DNA of 32,000 bases from NCBI GenBank assembly GCA_037444445.1, contig JBBIMK010000007.1:30001-62000 (forward strand), given 5' to 3'. Shown here one piece after another: positions 24,672 to 32,000 of the stretch. The DNA comes from a bacterium. GTDB lineage: Bacteria > UBP7 > UBA6624 > JBBIMK01. A model generated the notes under the pieces. That model was not told where the DNA came from. It saw only the letters and a list, made by a program, of their open reading frames with translations, and did no database searches. Position numbers and translations under genes: made by a program. Each line of letters starts with the position of its first letter. Positions within the stretch are counted from its first letter, which is position 1.

Positions 24672-25475
24672 TCAAGGCTTTCCTTCCACTTCGTGAGAAT
24701 GTGGATTGATGATAAACCCTCGCTCCCAGGGGTCAGGAGGAATCTTCTTGAGAATTTTTCCTTTCACCAGGTCTTCAATCTCACGAGGATATTCGCCAAA
24801 TTTTTGAAAGTATTTCTCCACCGCCCGGGTTAAAATCCACTGGGATTTCAGCCACTGCATTTTTTTAGAAAGCCCCTCTCTCTCTTCTTCAGAGGTAGCA
24901 TTCTCCATTAAAAGTTTCAAATAGGCTATGGCGGTTTCATATTTTTCGCCTTTGCGATACAGGAACAAGATGAAAGAATCCACTGTGGGGGGGTGTCCAG
25001 GAATCTTCGCTGACTGTTGAGCATACTCCACTGCCTTATCGTAATCCCTCATCATATAATAGCGGTGAGAAACCCAGAAAGGGAGGCGCCAGTCGGACGG
25101 ATTTTTTTGTATTCCGAGTTTCAAAAACTCCAGGGAAGCCTTCCGTTCCTCGGGAGTAAAGGACATCAAGTTCGCCGCATAGAACCAGGCGTGATAATTC
25201 TGGGGGTCCAAATCCGTAGCCACATCCAGCATGCCCACCATCCACGCCGGGTCACGATTCTGCCTGGGCTGGACAAAATACTGAATCAGCCCCAGAACAA
25301 TCAGGTCCGAAACCAGACTCTTCTGTCCCAGAGAAAGAAGACGGAGAAGGTCAGACGATGGGAGGTAAAGTGAACGACGCTGCGAAGTTCGTGCAGTCTC
25401 CCATCGGAGCAGTTCCTTTTGAAATCCTGCCTGAACCAGTAATAAGAGAAACAGGAAAAACAGCCAGTGTTTCAT
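24672..25475 (-). CDS. Signal/anchor - TPR-like repeats - C-terminal GspG-like (T2SS-G) module protein
   Basis: Start called at the ATG at 25475 (MKHWLFFLFLLLLVQAGF), which forms an ATGA overlap with the upstream permease stop. TPR-like WVSHRYYMMRDYDKAVEYAQQSAK. C-terminal FGEYPREIEDLVKGKILKKIPPDPWERGFII resembles the GspG YP...L...P-DPWG-xY block. Confidence 0.6.
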   Translation of the reverse strand: MKHWLFFLFLLLLVQAGFQKELLRWETARTSQRRSLYLPSSDLLRLLSLGQKSLVSDLIVLGLIQYFVQPRQNRDPAWMVGMLDVATDLDPQNYHAWFYAANLMSFTPEERKASLEFLKLGIQKNPSDWRLPFWVSHRYYMMRDYDKAVEYAQQSAKIPGHPPTVDSFILFLYRKGEKYETAIAYLKLLMENATSEEEREGLSKKMQWLKSQWILTRAVEKYFQKFGEYPREIEDLVKGKILKKIPPDPWERGFIINPHSHEVEGKP

Positions 25476-26242
25476 TCCACTTCTTTCAGGTGGAACAGCA
25501 CGAAAGCGGCAAGGAGGAATACGCCCGTGTAGAAAAAGGAATAGAAAGTAAGAAGGGTAAAGGGTTTCCATCCCATCACTTCTCCGTATAGAAAAATCGG
25601 CGAAAGGTCGTAATAATCAAATGAGGGCAGAAGATAGAGCAGGAATTTTGTTATCGCTTGCGAAACGGGTTTCCCATATTTCACTGTCAATTCATAGGCC
25701 TCTCTTGTGGTATAGCCCACCACGAAGAGAGCAAAGAAAGAGAAAGTGCTGACCATAGTGGAGGAAAACAAAGTAGCGAAGAAAACACCCATTGCAGTAA
25801 AAAGTGTAACCTGAAGCAGAATCAGAGCCAGCCCCACCCAGAAGCCCGCAATCCACTGGCGAAAGAGCAGTGCAAACACCCCCTGAAGTGAAAGGGCAGA
25901 TAAAAGGGTGAAAATCCATACCACACAGCCAATTCCTAAGAAATAACCCAGCAGGAAAACCTCCCGGCGGATAGGCTTTGCCAGAAAGAGTTGAATCCCT
26001 TTTCCTTCCATCAATCTCCTGAACTCAAAAATGGCAAAATATAAAATTAAAAGAAGATTGAAAGATAGAATGCTCAAAAATCCCACTTCCAGGAAAATGC
26101 GATAGGGCTCCGTTAGAGAGAGAAGAGTGAGATAGTAAGCAAGAATCAGGAAAAATACAAGCAAGAAGAAAAGTCCGCGATAAAATTTCTCTCGCACTGC
26201 ATTCAAAAAAGTCATTTGAACGATAGAAATGACCTGCTCCAT
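25472..26242 (-). CDS. ABC-2 type transporter permease
   Basis: 256 aa, about 6 TM helices, N-terminal FLNAVREKFYRGLFF typical of ABC-2/NosY-like permeases. Lies downstream of an ABC ATPase gene. Confidence 0.7.
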   Translation of the reverse strand: MEQVISIVQMTFLNAVREKFYRGLFFLLVFFLILAYYLTLLSLTEPYRIFLEVGFLSILSFNLLLILYFAIFEFRRLMEGKGIQLFLAKPIRREVFLLGYFLGIGCVVWIFTLLSALSLQGVFALLFRQWIAGFWVGLALILLQVTLFTAMGVFFATLFSSTMVSTFSFFALFVVGYTTREAYELTVKYGKPVSQAITKFLLYLLPSFDYYDLSPIFLYGEVMGWKPFTLLTFYSFFYTGVFLLAAFVLFHLKEVE

Positions 26243-26367
26243 CGGTTATAATTTTAACAAATTCTCTCCTTCTTATCCGTTGGTTTGAACCGTGCGAAAG
26301 CAGGCCGAAATCCGTGCCTTCAAAAAACGCAAGGGTTCACGATTGGAGTCGCTCTACTGGCAAAAAA

Positions 26368-27108
26368 TTACATCCTCTGAATGACACCGGGGAAGGCAGA
26401 TAATATGCCCAGGAAGGCATCTTCCAGGGATGATTTTCCCGTCGCCTGATAAAGTTCGGTTACTGTACCCTGAAAGAGATTCTGCCCGAAGTGAATGATG
26501 CAAACCCGGTCGCAAATCTCTTCCACCTCCCCCAGAATATGAGAGGTAAAGAAAATAGTTTTCCCTTCTTGCCTGAGAGAGAGGAGGAGATTTTTTACAT
26601 CCTTCCGACCCAGAGGGTCCAGTCCGGAGGCTGGTTCATCCAATATGAACAGGTCCTGTGCAGAGAGAAGAGCATTCGCCAGTCCCACCCTCTGCTGTTG
26701 GCCTTTAGAAAGAGTGAACAGGGGGCGCTTCCATGCCTCTTCCGGGAGGTTCACCCTCTTTAGGACCTCCTGCGTCAGGCGGTGAAGGCTCTTGCCATTT
26801 CTGCTTAACCTGCCGGAAAAATGCAGGAATTCCAGCGGAGTCAGGTTGCGAGGAAGGGAAAGAACTTCAGGAAGGTAGCCCACACCCTTCCGCGAGTTGA
26901 GGTCGGAAGGAGGTAAGTCGTGCAGAGAAGCAGAGCCTTCGTCAGCCCGGGCAAGGTTCATCAGAATTTTTATGAGCGTGCTCTTCCCTGCCCCGTTCAA
27001 GCCAATGAGTCCAAAAATTTCTCCCTTCTCCGCCTGTAGAGAAAAATTCTGTAACGCTTGAACAGAAGAATACTTTTTGGATAGATTCTGAACCTGAAGA
27101 ACAGGCAT
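26368..27108 (-). CDS. ABC transporter ATP-binding protein
   Basis: 246 aa. Walker A GLNGAGKST, signature LSKGQQQRVGLANAL, Walker B LFILDEPASGLD, H-loop FFTSHIL. Confidence 0.9.
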   Translation of the reverse strand: MPVLQVQNLSKKYSSVQALQNFSLQAEKGEIFGLIGLNGAGKSTLIKILMNLARADEGSASLHDLPPSDLNSRKGVGYLPEVLSLPRNLTPLEFLHFSGRLSRNGKSLHRLTQEVLKRVNLPEEAWKRPLFTLSKGQQQRVGLANALLSAQDLFILDEPASGLDPLGRKDVKNLLLSLRQEGKTIFFTSHILGEVEEICDRVCIIHFGQNLFQGTVTELYQATGKSSLEDAFLGILSAFPGVIQRM

Positions 27109-27121
27109 CCAGACGAAAAGA

Positions 27122-27153
27122 GAAGGGGGCTCCCTGAAACTGGAGCCCCCTTC
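27122..27153 (-). terminator. Rho-independent terminator after the pseudopilin gene
   Basis: Perfect 12-bp stem GAAGGGGGCTCC / GGAGCCCCCTTC with an 8-nt loop, followed on the minus strand by TCTTTTCGTCT. Lies 17 nt after the stop at 27170. Confidence 0.6.
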
Positions 27154-27169
27154 CGTCAGTGGAATCCGA

Positions 27170-27823
27170 TTAGGTGCCTGAACTGAAGATGTGAATCATC
27201 GTGGAAGGTGTATCGGCAGGGTCCGTTCTCCAGTCAGTGCCACCCGGGTCACCATCGTCAGCGGTGGAGCACGGGTCGTCCACGGTATCCAATTGGATGA
27301 CAGCGCCTGTGGTCGGTGTGCCCTGTTGGGGTGCCGACTCGCCGTCTACAGCGATGTCCGTCTCGTTGGCTTCTCTGGCAGGCACAGCACCGAAATAGAC
27401 GAAACGGTCATTAGCGATACCGTCCCCATTCCGGTCGGCGTTGGAATCATCCCCGCCCCCGCTGTCAGTGTCATCCAGCATAAAGCACCCTCCATATTGG
27501 TCCACATAGCGAGGAGTGGCGTTGCGTCTCGGAGGCTTATCCATATAGGGCCCCTTCCAGTTCGTCGCGCCCAGTGGGTTGGTGAGCAACTGTTGAACGG
27601 CATTATCCGTCCCGTCTGTCGGGTCCACTGGCCAGGCGCCCACATCAGCGAAATATTCCAGAGTGCCTTTCCGGAGGTCCTCCGCCTCGGAGAGATTCCG
27701 GGACACACGCCCCTTTCGGATTTGCCCGAACACCTGGGGCAGAATGACAGCGGCCAGAATGGCGATAATCGCCACCACCGCAATTAACTCGATGAGAGTG
27801 AAGCCCTTCTTCACATTTCTCAT
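27170..27823 (-). CDS. Prepilin-type N-terminal cleavage/methylation domain protein (GspG-like pseudopilin) with Asp-rich C-terminal extension
   Basis: MRNVKKG / FTLIELIAVVAIIAILAAV is a class III signal peptide. NWKGPYMDKPP is GspG-like. GGAGGTG lies 7 nt before the ATG at 27823; the track uses GTG 27826. Confidence 0.85.
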   Translation of the reverse strand: MRNVKKGFTLIELIAVVAIIAILAAVILPQVFGQIRKGRVSRNLSEAEDLRKGTLEYFADVGAWPVDPTDGTDNAVQQLLTNPLGATNWKGPYMDKPPRRNATPRYVDQYGGCFMLDDTDSGGGDDSNADRNGDGIANDRFVYFGAVPAREANETDIAVDGESAPQQGTPTTGAVIQLDTVDDPCSTADDGDPGGTDWRTDPADTPSTMIHIFSSGT

Positions 27824-27945
27824 CACCTAACACCTCCTTTTGGATTTTTTGTTCGCCTTCCGAACATTCTACTTTCAATTATAGTGAGGCAAATATAAAT
27901 TTTTGATGAAAAAAATATGAAAGAATGATGAATTTTTAATGGGGG

Positions 27946-28626
27946 TCAGGGTTCAATTTTATACCCTAAACCGCGGACAGTTTTTAAGAGATTGGCGCAG
28001 GCGCCGATTTTTTCACGGATGGTTCCGATATGAACATCAATCGTCCGGTCCAGAATGGCTTTTTCATCCCCGTGCAGGCGGTCTAAAATCTCCTGCCGGT
28101 TAAACACCTTGCCTGGATGGCGGGCGAGGATGGCAAGAATCTTGAACTCCGTGGGCGTTAGCGAGAGAGATTTTTTTCCACAGCGGGCCTCAAATCGCTG
28201 GATGTCTAATTCCAGGTCGCCGGCACGCAGGATGGAAGGCTCTGCGGACCTGATTTCGGTCCGCCTCAGAATTGCTTTCACTCTCGCCACTAACTCTGCG
28301 GGGACGAAGGGCTTGACCAGATAATCATCGGCGCCAATAGCCAGGCCCTCAATCCGGTCGTAGTCGCCACCCTTCCCCGTAACCATGATGATAGGAAGGT
28401 AGGCGGTGCGAGCGTCTGACCGCAACTGCTTGCAGACCTCCGTTCCGCTCATCCCGGGTAAAAGCAGGTCCAGGATTAACAGGTCCGGGGGCCGACGGCG
28501 GATTTCCTCCAGCGCTTCCCTTCCATCGTAGATTTCCTGGGTTAGAAATCCCTCTTCTTTCATCAAGCTCGCCATCATCAGGCAGAGGTTTTGGTCATCT
28601 TCCACCACATAAATCAGTTTCGTCAT
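27946..28626 (-). CDS. OmpR/PhoB-family response regulator
   Basis: 226 aa. Receiver domain (VVEDD, LLILDLLLPGMSG, VTGKG, KPF) plus winged-helix output (LTPTEFKILAILA, VRGLGYKI). No histidine kinase in the window. Confidence 0.9.
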   Translation of the reverse strand: MTKLIYVVEDDQNLCLMMASLMKEEGFLTQEIYDGREALEEIRRRPPDLLILDLLLPGMSGTEVCKQLRSDARTAYLPIIMVTGKGGDYDRIEGLAIGADDYLVKPFVPAELVARVKAILRRTEIRSAEPSILRAGDLELDIQRFEARCGKKSLSLTPTEFKILAILARHPGKVFNRQEILDRLHGDEKAILDRTIDVHIGTIREKIGACANLLKTVRGLGYKIEP

Positions 28627-28655
28627 CCCTGTATTCCACCTCCAGCCTAACTATT

Positions 28656-29678
28656 TCATTTCAGGCTCAGGGAAATGACCTCTGAGGCATCCACGGGAAG
28701 GTCGCCGGAATCTGTTCGTAACAGGAGTCGTCCGTCGGGCAGGACATCGCGAGCGGTGCCGCGGACTTCCCGCGAATCGCCCAGCAGGATTCGCACCGGG
28801 TCACCTAAAAAATCCGCATAGAAACGCCACTGCTCCAGGATGTCCGAAGCCTTACCCTCTTCCATCGCTCTCACTCCGTTTTCCATCTTCTCTAAAAATA
28901 CCGCCAGTAACTTCTGTCGTGAAGTCGGACGGCCGAGAATCTCCCGCAAGGTGGTTACCCGCTCCTGAAGCCCCCCGGGAAAATCTACCAGAGAAGAGTT
29001 CACATTCACACCTACGCCAATAATCACATGCTCCAGGTCGCTCTGCCTGAAGGCGGATTCCACCAGAATTCCAGCAATCTTTCTTCGGGCAAATAGCACA
29101 TCATTGGGCCAGAGCATGGAGGGGTGAACACCCGTTTCTTCCTCCAGGGCCTGGGCTAATTTGACACCGGTCAAAAAGGGAAGAAGAGAGGCTGAGGTTG
29201 CCTCCAGGGAAGGGAAAAGGATGAGGGAGAGGATGATATTTTTACCGAAAGGGGAGAACCACTTTCTGCCCCAGCGCCCCATACCTTTGGACTGGTATTC
29301 TGCAATCACAATCGTGCCATCGGGAACCCCGCGTTCAATCAACCGACGGGCTTCCCGATTCGTGGAATCAATCACCCGGTGGTAGTAGCAGGTTCGGCCA
29401 TACCGTCTCGTATTCAAAAAGGGAAAATACTGAAGAGGATGGAGGATGTCTGGAACGCCGATGAGGCGGTAGCCCACTTTGGAGCGGGCTTCAATCCTGT
29501 AATTGAGAGCCTTGAAATACTGGATATCCTTCCACACGGAGGGGCGTGACAGGCCCATTTTTTCTGCAATTTCCTGCCCGGATACAAATTCCCCCTGACG
29601 GCTCAGTAGCGTATTCAATAGTTGAAGTTTTTCATCCGTGATGGCGAGTTTACCGTCTTTGCCTAACAGGGGGCTCAT
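28656..29678 (-). CDS. birA: Bifunctional biotin--[acetyl-CoA-carboxylase] ligase / biotin operon repressor
   Basis: 340 aa. N-terminal HTH (SGQEIAEKMGLSRPSVWKDIQ), ligase motif QSKGMGRWGRKWFSP (GRGRxGRxW equivalent). Confidence 0.88.
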   Translation of the reverse strand: MSPLLGKDGKLAITDEKLQLLNTLLSRQGEFVSGQEIAEKMGLSRPSVWKDIQYFKALNYRIEARSKVGYRLIGVPDILHPLQYFPFLNTRRYGRTCYYHRVIDSTNREARRLIERGVPDGTIVIAEYQSKGMGRWGRKWFSPFGKNIILSLILFPSLEATSASLLPFLTGVKLAQALEEETGVHPSMLWPNDVLFARRKIAGILVESAFRQSDLEHVIIGVGVNVNSSLVDFPGGLQERVTTLREILGRPTSRQKLLAVFLEKMENGVRAMEEGKASDILEQWRFYADFLGDPVRILLGDSREVRGTARDVLPDGRLLLRTDSGDLPVDASEVISLSLK

Positions 29679-30163
29679 TTGCGACGAATGGCCCGAGAGA
29701 GGTGAACCATCTCCAGGCAGACGAGGGCGGCTTCTGCCCCCTTATTTCCCATTTTTCCCCCCGCCCGCTCCAGGGCTTGCTCCAGAGTATCCGCCGTGAG
29801 GACTCCGAAAGCAATTGGAACTTCACTCTCCAGGGTCAATCGAGCAATCCCCCGACTGACCTCCGCCGCAATCACATCATAATGAGAGGTTTCCCCCTTG
29901 AGGACAGCGCCCAGAGCAATCACTCCGTCCCCTGCTTTCCCGCTCTTCAGAAGGGTGCGAATCGTAAAAGGAATCTCAAAAGAGCCTGGCACCCGATAAA
30001 CGGCTATATGTTCCTCCGCTACCCCGTATCTGCACAGAGCATCCACCGCACCCTGAAGAAGAGACTCGGTAACCAGCCCGTTGAACCGGCTCACGACAAT
30101 GCTGAAAGTAAGCCCTGTTCCGTCCATCCGATTTAGGGCAGGACCCTTATTTCCTTTTTTCAT
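29675..30163 (-). CDS. ribH: 6,7-dimethyl-8-ribityllumazine synthase
   Basis: 162 aa. FSIVVSRFNGLVTESLLQGAVDAL, VPGSFEIPF, GAVLKGETSHYD. Confidence 0.92.
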   Translation of the reverse strand: MKKGNKGPALNRMDGTGLTFSIVVSRFNGLVTESLLQGAVDALCRYGVAEEHIAVYRVPGSFEIPFTIRTLLKSGKAGDGVIALGAVLKGETSHYDVIAAEVSRGIARLTLESEVPIAFGVLTADTLEQALERAGGKMGNKGAEAALVCLEMVHLSRAIRRK

Positions 30164-30176
30164 AAAAATAGTCGCC

Positions 30177-31397
30177 TCAATCCTCTTCCCATTGGAGTTG
30201 AAACAGGTGGCCTAATTTTTCTTTTTTTGCCTTCAGATACTTCACATTTTCCTTATTGGGTAAGATTTCCAGAGGGACTCGCTCCACAATCTCCAGGCCG
30301 AAGCCTTTCAAGCCGATAATTTTTTTCGGGTTGTTCGTCATCAGGCGCATTTTCCGCACATTCAGGTCGAGGAGAATTTGGGCGCCGACGCCGTATTTTC
30401 GCAAGTCCGGAGGAAAGCCAAGGGCCTGGTTCGCCTCCACAGTGTCCAGCCCCCTCTCCTGGAGAGCGTAGGCTTTAATTTTATTATGCAAGCCAATGCC
30501 ACGACCCTCCTGGCGCATATACACGAAAACTCCTTTCCCCGTTTGACCTATCTGGGAGAGAGCAATCTCTAATTGCTCCCCGCAATCACATCGCAGGGAA
30601 TGAAACACATCTCCGGTCAAGCATTCCGATTGGACGCGGACCAGCACCGGGTCTTCCGGATGAATCTCGCCCATAACCAGCGCAACATGATGCTGGTGAT
30701 TGAACTTTTCGCGATAAGCATAAATGGTGAATACGCCAAAAGGAGTGGGAAGGTGAGCCTGAGAAACCTTTTCAATCAACCTCTCGCGCTGGAGGCGGAA
30801 TTCAATCAAATCTGCGATGGAAATGATTCGCAGGTGATGCTTCTGAGCAAATATCTCCAGGTCTGGGAAGCGTGCCATGGTTCCATCTTCTTTCATAATC
30901 TCGCAGATAACGCCCGCGGGATACAGCCCGGCCAGTTTAGCCAGGTCTACACTGGCTTCCGTATGGCCTGCTCGTTCTAAAACCCCACCCCTGCGGGCCT
31001 TGAGAGGGAAGATATGGCCGGGGCGCTGAAGGTCCCCCGCCTTCGTCTCCGGGTTCACTAAAACCCAAATCGTTCGCGCCCGGTCGTAGGCAGAAATGCC
31101 AGTCGTAATCCCCTGGCGTGCATCCACCGAAACGGTGAAGGCTGTGCCATTGCGGTCTTCCATCTGCATATCATTAGACATCAGGGGCAGACCCAGTTCC
31201 TCCACTCTCTCCGGAGTCAGTGCGGCGCAAATCAGCCCCCGCGCTTCACGGGCCATAAAGTTAATGGCCTCAGGTGTAATCTTCTGGGCCGCCATCACCA
31301 GGTCGCCTTCATTCTCACGCCCCTCATCATCCACCACAATCACAAACCGCCCTTGCTGGATGTCCTCAATGGCATCCTTAATTCGGCTTAATGGCAT
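30177..31397 (-). CDS. ribBA: Bifunctional 3,4-dihydroxy-2-butanone-4-phosphate synthase / GTP cyclohydrolase II
   Basis: 406 aa. DDEGRENEGDLV and HTEASVDL (DHBP synthase), RVQSECLTGDVFHSLRCDCG and EGRGIGL (GTP cyclohydrolase II). Confidence 0.92.
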   Translation of the reverse strand: MPLSRIKDAIEDIQQGRFVIVVDDEGRENEGDLVMAAQKITPEAINFMAREARGLICAALTPERVEELGLPLMSNDMQMEDRNGTAFTVSVDARQGITTGISAYDRARTIWVLVNPETKAGDLQRPGHIFPLKARRGGVLERAGHTEASVDLAKLAGLYPAGVICEIMKEDGTMARFPDLEIFAQKHHLRIISIADLIEFRLQRERLIEKVSQAHLPTPFGVFTIYAYREKFNHQHHVALVMGEIHPEDPVLVRVQSECLTGDVFHSLRCDCGEQLEIALSQIGQTGKGVFVYMRQEGRGIGLHNKIKAYALQERGLDTVEANQALGFPPDLRKYGVGAQILLDLNVRKMRLMTNNPKKIIGLKGFGLEIVERVPLEILPNKENVKYLKAKKEKLGHLFQLQWEED

Positions 31398-31420
31398 TTT
31401 CCATTCCCTGCCATCTATTC

Positions 31421-31429
31421 ATTATACCA
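31421..31429 (-). promoter_or_regulatory. Extended -10 element TGGTATAAT upstream of ribBA
   Basis: Minus strand reads TGGTATAAT, ending 23 nt before the ATG at 31397. Confidence 0.45.
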
Positions 31430-31554
31430 GATGCAGGTGAAATTTCCACCCTGAACTGCCTTTTCCAAATCTCAAAAGTATATTATGATATATAGTAGAA
31501 TTGAATTCGCAGGATGCGAGACGATAAAATTTTACCCGGGGGTGGGGGTGGCGG

Positions 31555-32000
31555 ATGAATAAGTCTTCTGACCTTTATGACATCACCATCGTTGGAGGGG
31601 GACCTACAGGTCTTTTCGCAGCATTTTATGCGGGTATGCGGGAACTCAAGACCAAAATCATTGAGGCCCTGCCAGAACTCGGTGGGCAACTCTCAGTCCT
31701 TTACCCCGAGAAGTACATCTACGATGTGCCAGGCTTTCCAAAAATTCTGTCAAAAGAATTGGTCAAAAACCTGATAGAGCAAGCTATGACCGCAAACCCT
31801 ACCCTGTGCCTGGAAGAGAGGGCGCTGACTCTCCGGCGGCGAGAGGATGGCATCCTTGAACTGGAAACGACCAAAGGGCTTCATATCTCCAGAACCGTTC
31901 TCATCGCCGCTGGCGTGGGTGCCTTCTCGCCAAATAAACTCTCTATCCCCGATGCAGAAAAGTTTGAAGGGAGGGGAGTGTTCTACTTCGTCCGAGAAAA
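31555..32000 (+). CDS. Ferredoxin--NADP reductase, thioredoxin-reductase-like (YumC type), 5' partial at window end
   Basis: Open frame from the ATG at 31555 to the window end. It is absent from the track because it has no stop. Translation: MNKSSDLYDITIVGGGPTGLFAAFYAGMRELKTKIIEALPELGGQLSVLYPEKYIYDVPGFPKI, an FAD-binding GGGPxG motif plus the block characteristic of type 2 FNR. Confidence 0.85.
   Translation, partial: MNKSSDLYDITIVGGGPTGLFAAFYAGMRELKTKIIEALPELGGQLSVLYPEKYIYDVPGFPKILSKELVKNLIEQAMTANPTLCLEERALTLRRREDGILELETTKGLHISRTVLIAAGVGAFSPNKLSIPDAEKFEGRGVFYFVRE

Noticed and set aside
25476-25571. 32-aa N-terminal extension of the TPR/GspG-like ORF in the track
   Set aside because: It would overlap the permease gene by 100 nt. 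The ATG at 25475 gives a canonical ATGA coupling and begins with a signal-like hydrophobic segment.
27170-27500. The GC-rich 3' half of the pseudopilin gene as horizontally acquired DNA
   Set aside because: There are no flanking repeats, tRNA or integrase. The GC excess is explained by the Asp/Gly/Pro/Thr/Ala-rich composition of the encoded tail.
27191-27787. 198-aa plus-strand ORF (and 27201-27398) antisense to the pseudopilin gene
   Set aside because: It lies entirely inside a well-supported minus-strand gene and has no SD. Its Arg/Gly/Val-rich low-complexity translation is typical of an open antisense frame in a GC-rich stretch.
31398-31554. FMN riboswitch upstream of ribBA
   Set aside because: I looked for the conserved RFN core and found none. 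The -10 box leaves a leader of only about 17 nt. A covariance-model scan would be decisive.
1-32000. tRNA, rRNA, CRISPR repeats, IS elements or prophage genes
   Set aside because: All intergenic regions longer than 60 nt were scanned by eye. I saw no T-loop/acceptor-like motifs, no regularly spaced direct repeats, and no transposase- or integrase-like ORFs.

Overview
Gene-dense chromosomal segment: about 31 CDS, mostly on the minus strand, GC near 50% by eye. The source is an unidentified bacterium that is probably diderm, since Lgt, an Mla-type MCE/ABC lipid transporter and a prepilin-type pseudopilin are all present. I found no rRNA, tRNA, CRISPR array, transposase, integrase or phage gene. 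Most genes are recognisable housekeeping functions: ruvC, yebC, mlaFED-like, lgt, a GT4 glycosyltransferase, thiolase, thiD, rmuC, purS, polX, an RRM RNA-binding protein, rlmN, birA, ribH, ribBA and a YumC-type ferredoxin-NADP reductase cut by the window end. Packing is tight, with six ATGA and one TTGA start/stop overlaps. The least explained part is 17.2-24.6 kb. A large class III cyclase-STAND-TPR protein with degenerate catalytic motifs and a GAF-HD-GYP phosphodiesterase (coupled to a DUF3307-like membrane protein) bracket three minus-strand genes of unknown function: a secreted two-domain beta-rich protein and a tandem pair of diverged ~104-aa cysteine-containing paralogues. The paralogues have strong ribosome-binding sites, a near-consensus promoter, a long leader and a 26-nt identical block. 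This is my best candidate for something undescribed, but I cannot assign a function from sequence alone. Other oddities:
- an MCE protein with a long helical region and an OMP-like beta-rich C-terminus
- a 64-aa protein that is about half Asp/Glu
- an HMA-fold protein without the metal-binding cysteines
- a TPR protein carrying a GspG-like module, coupled to an ABC-2 exporter next to an orphan pseudopilin

All family calls come from motif recognition by eye. No database search was run.
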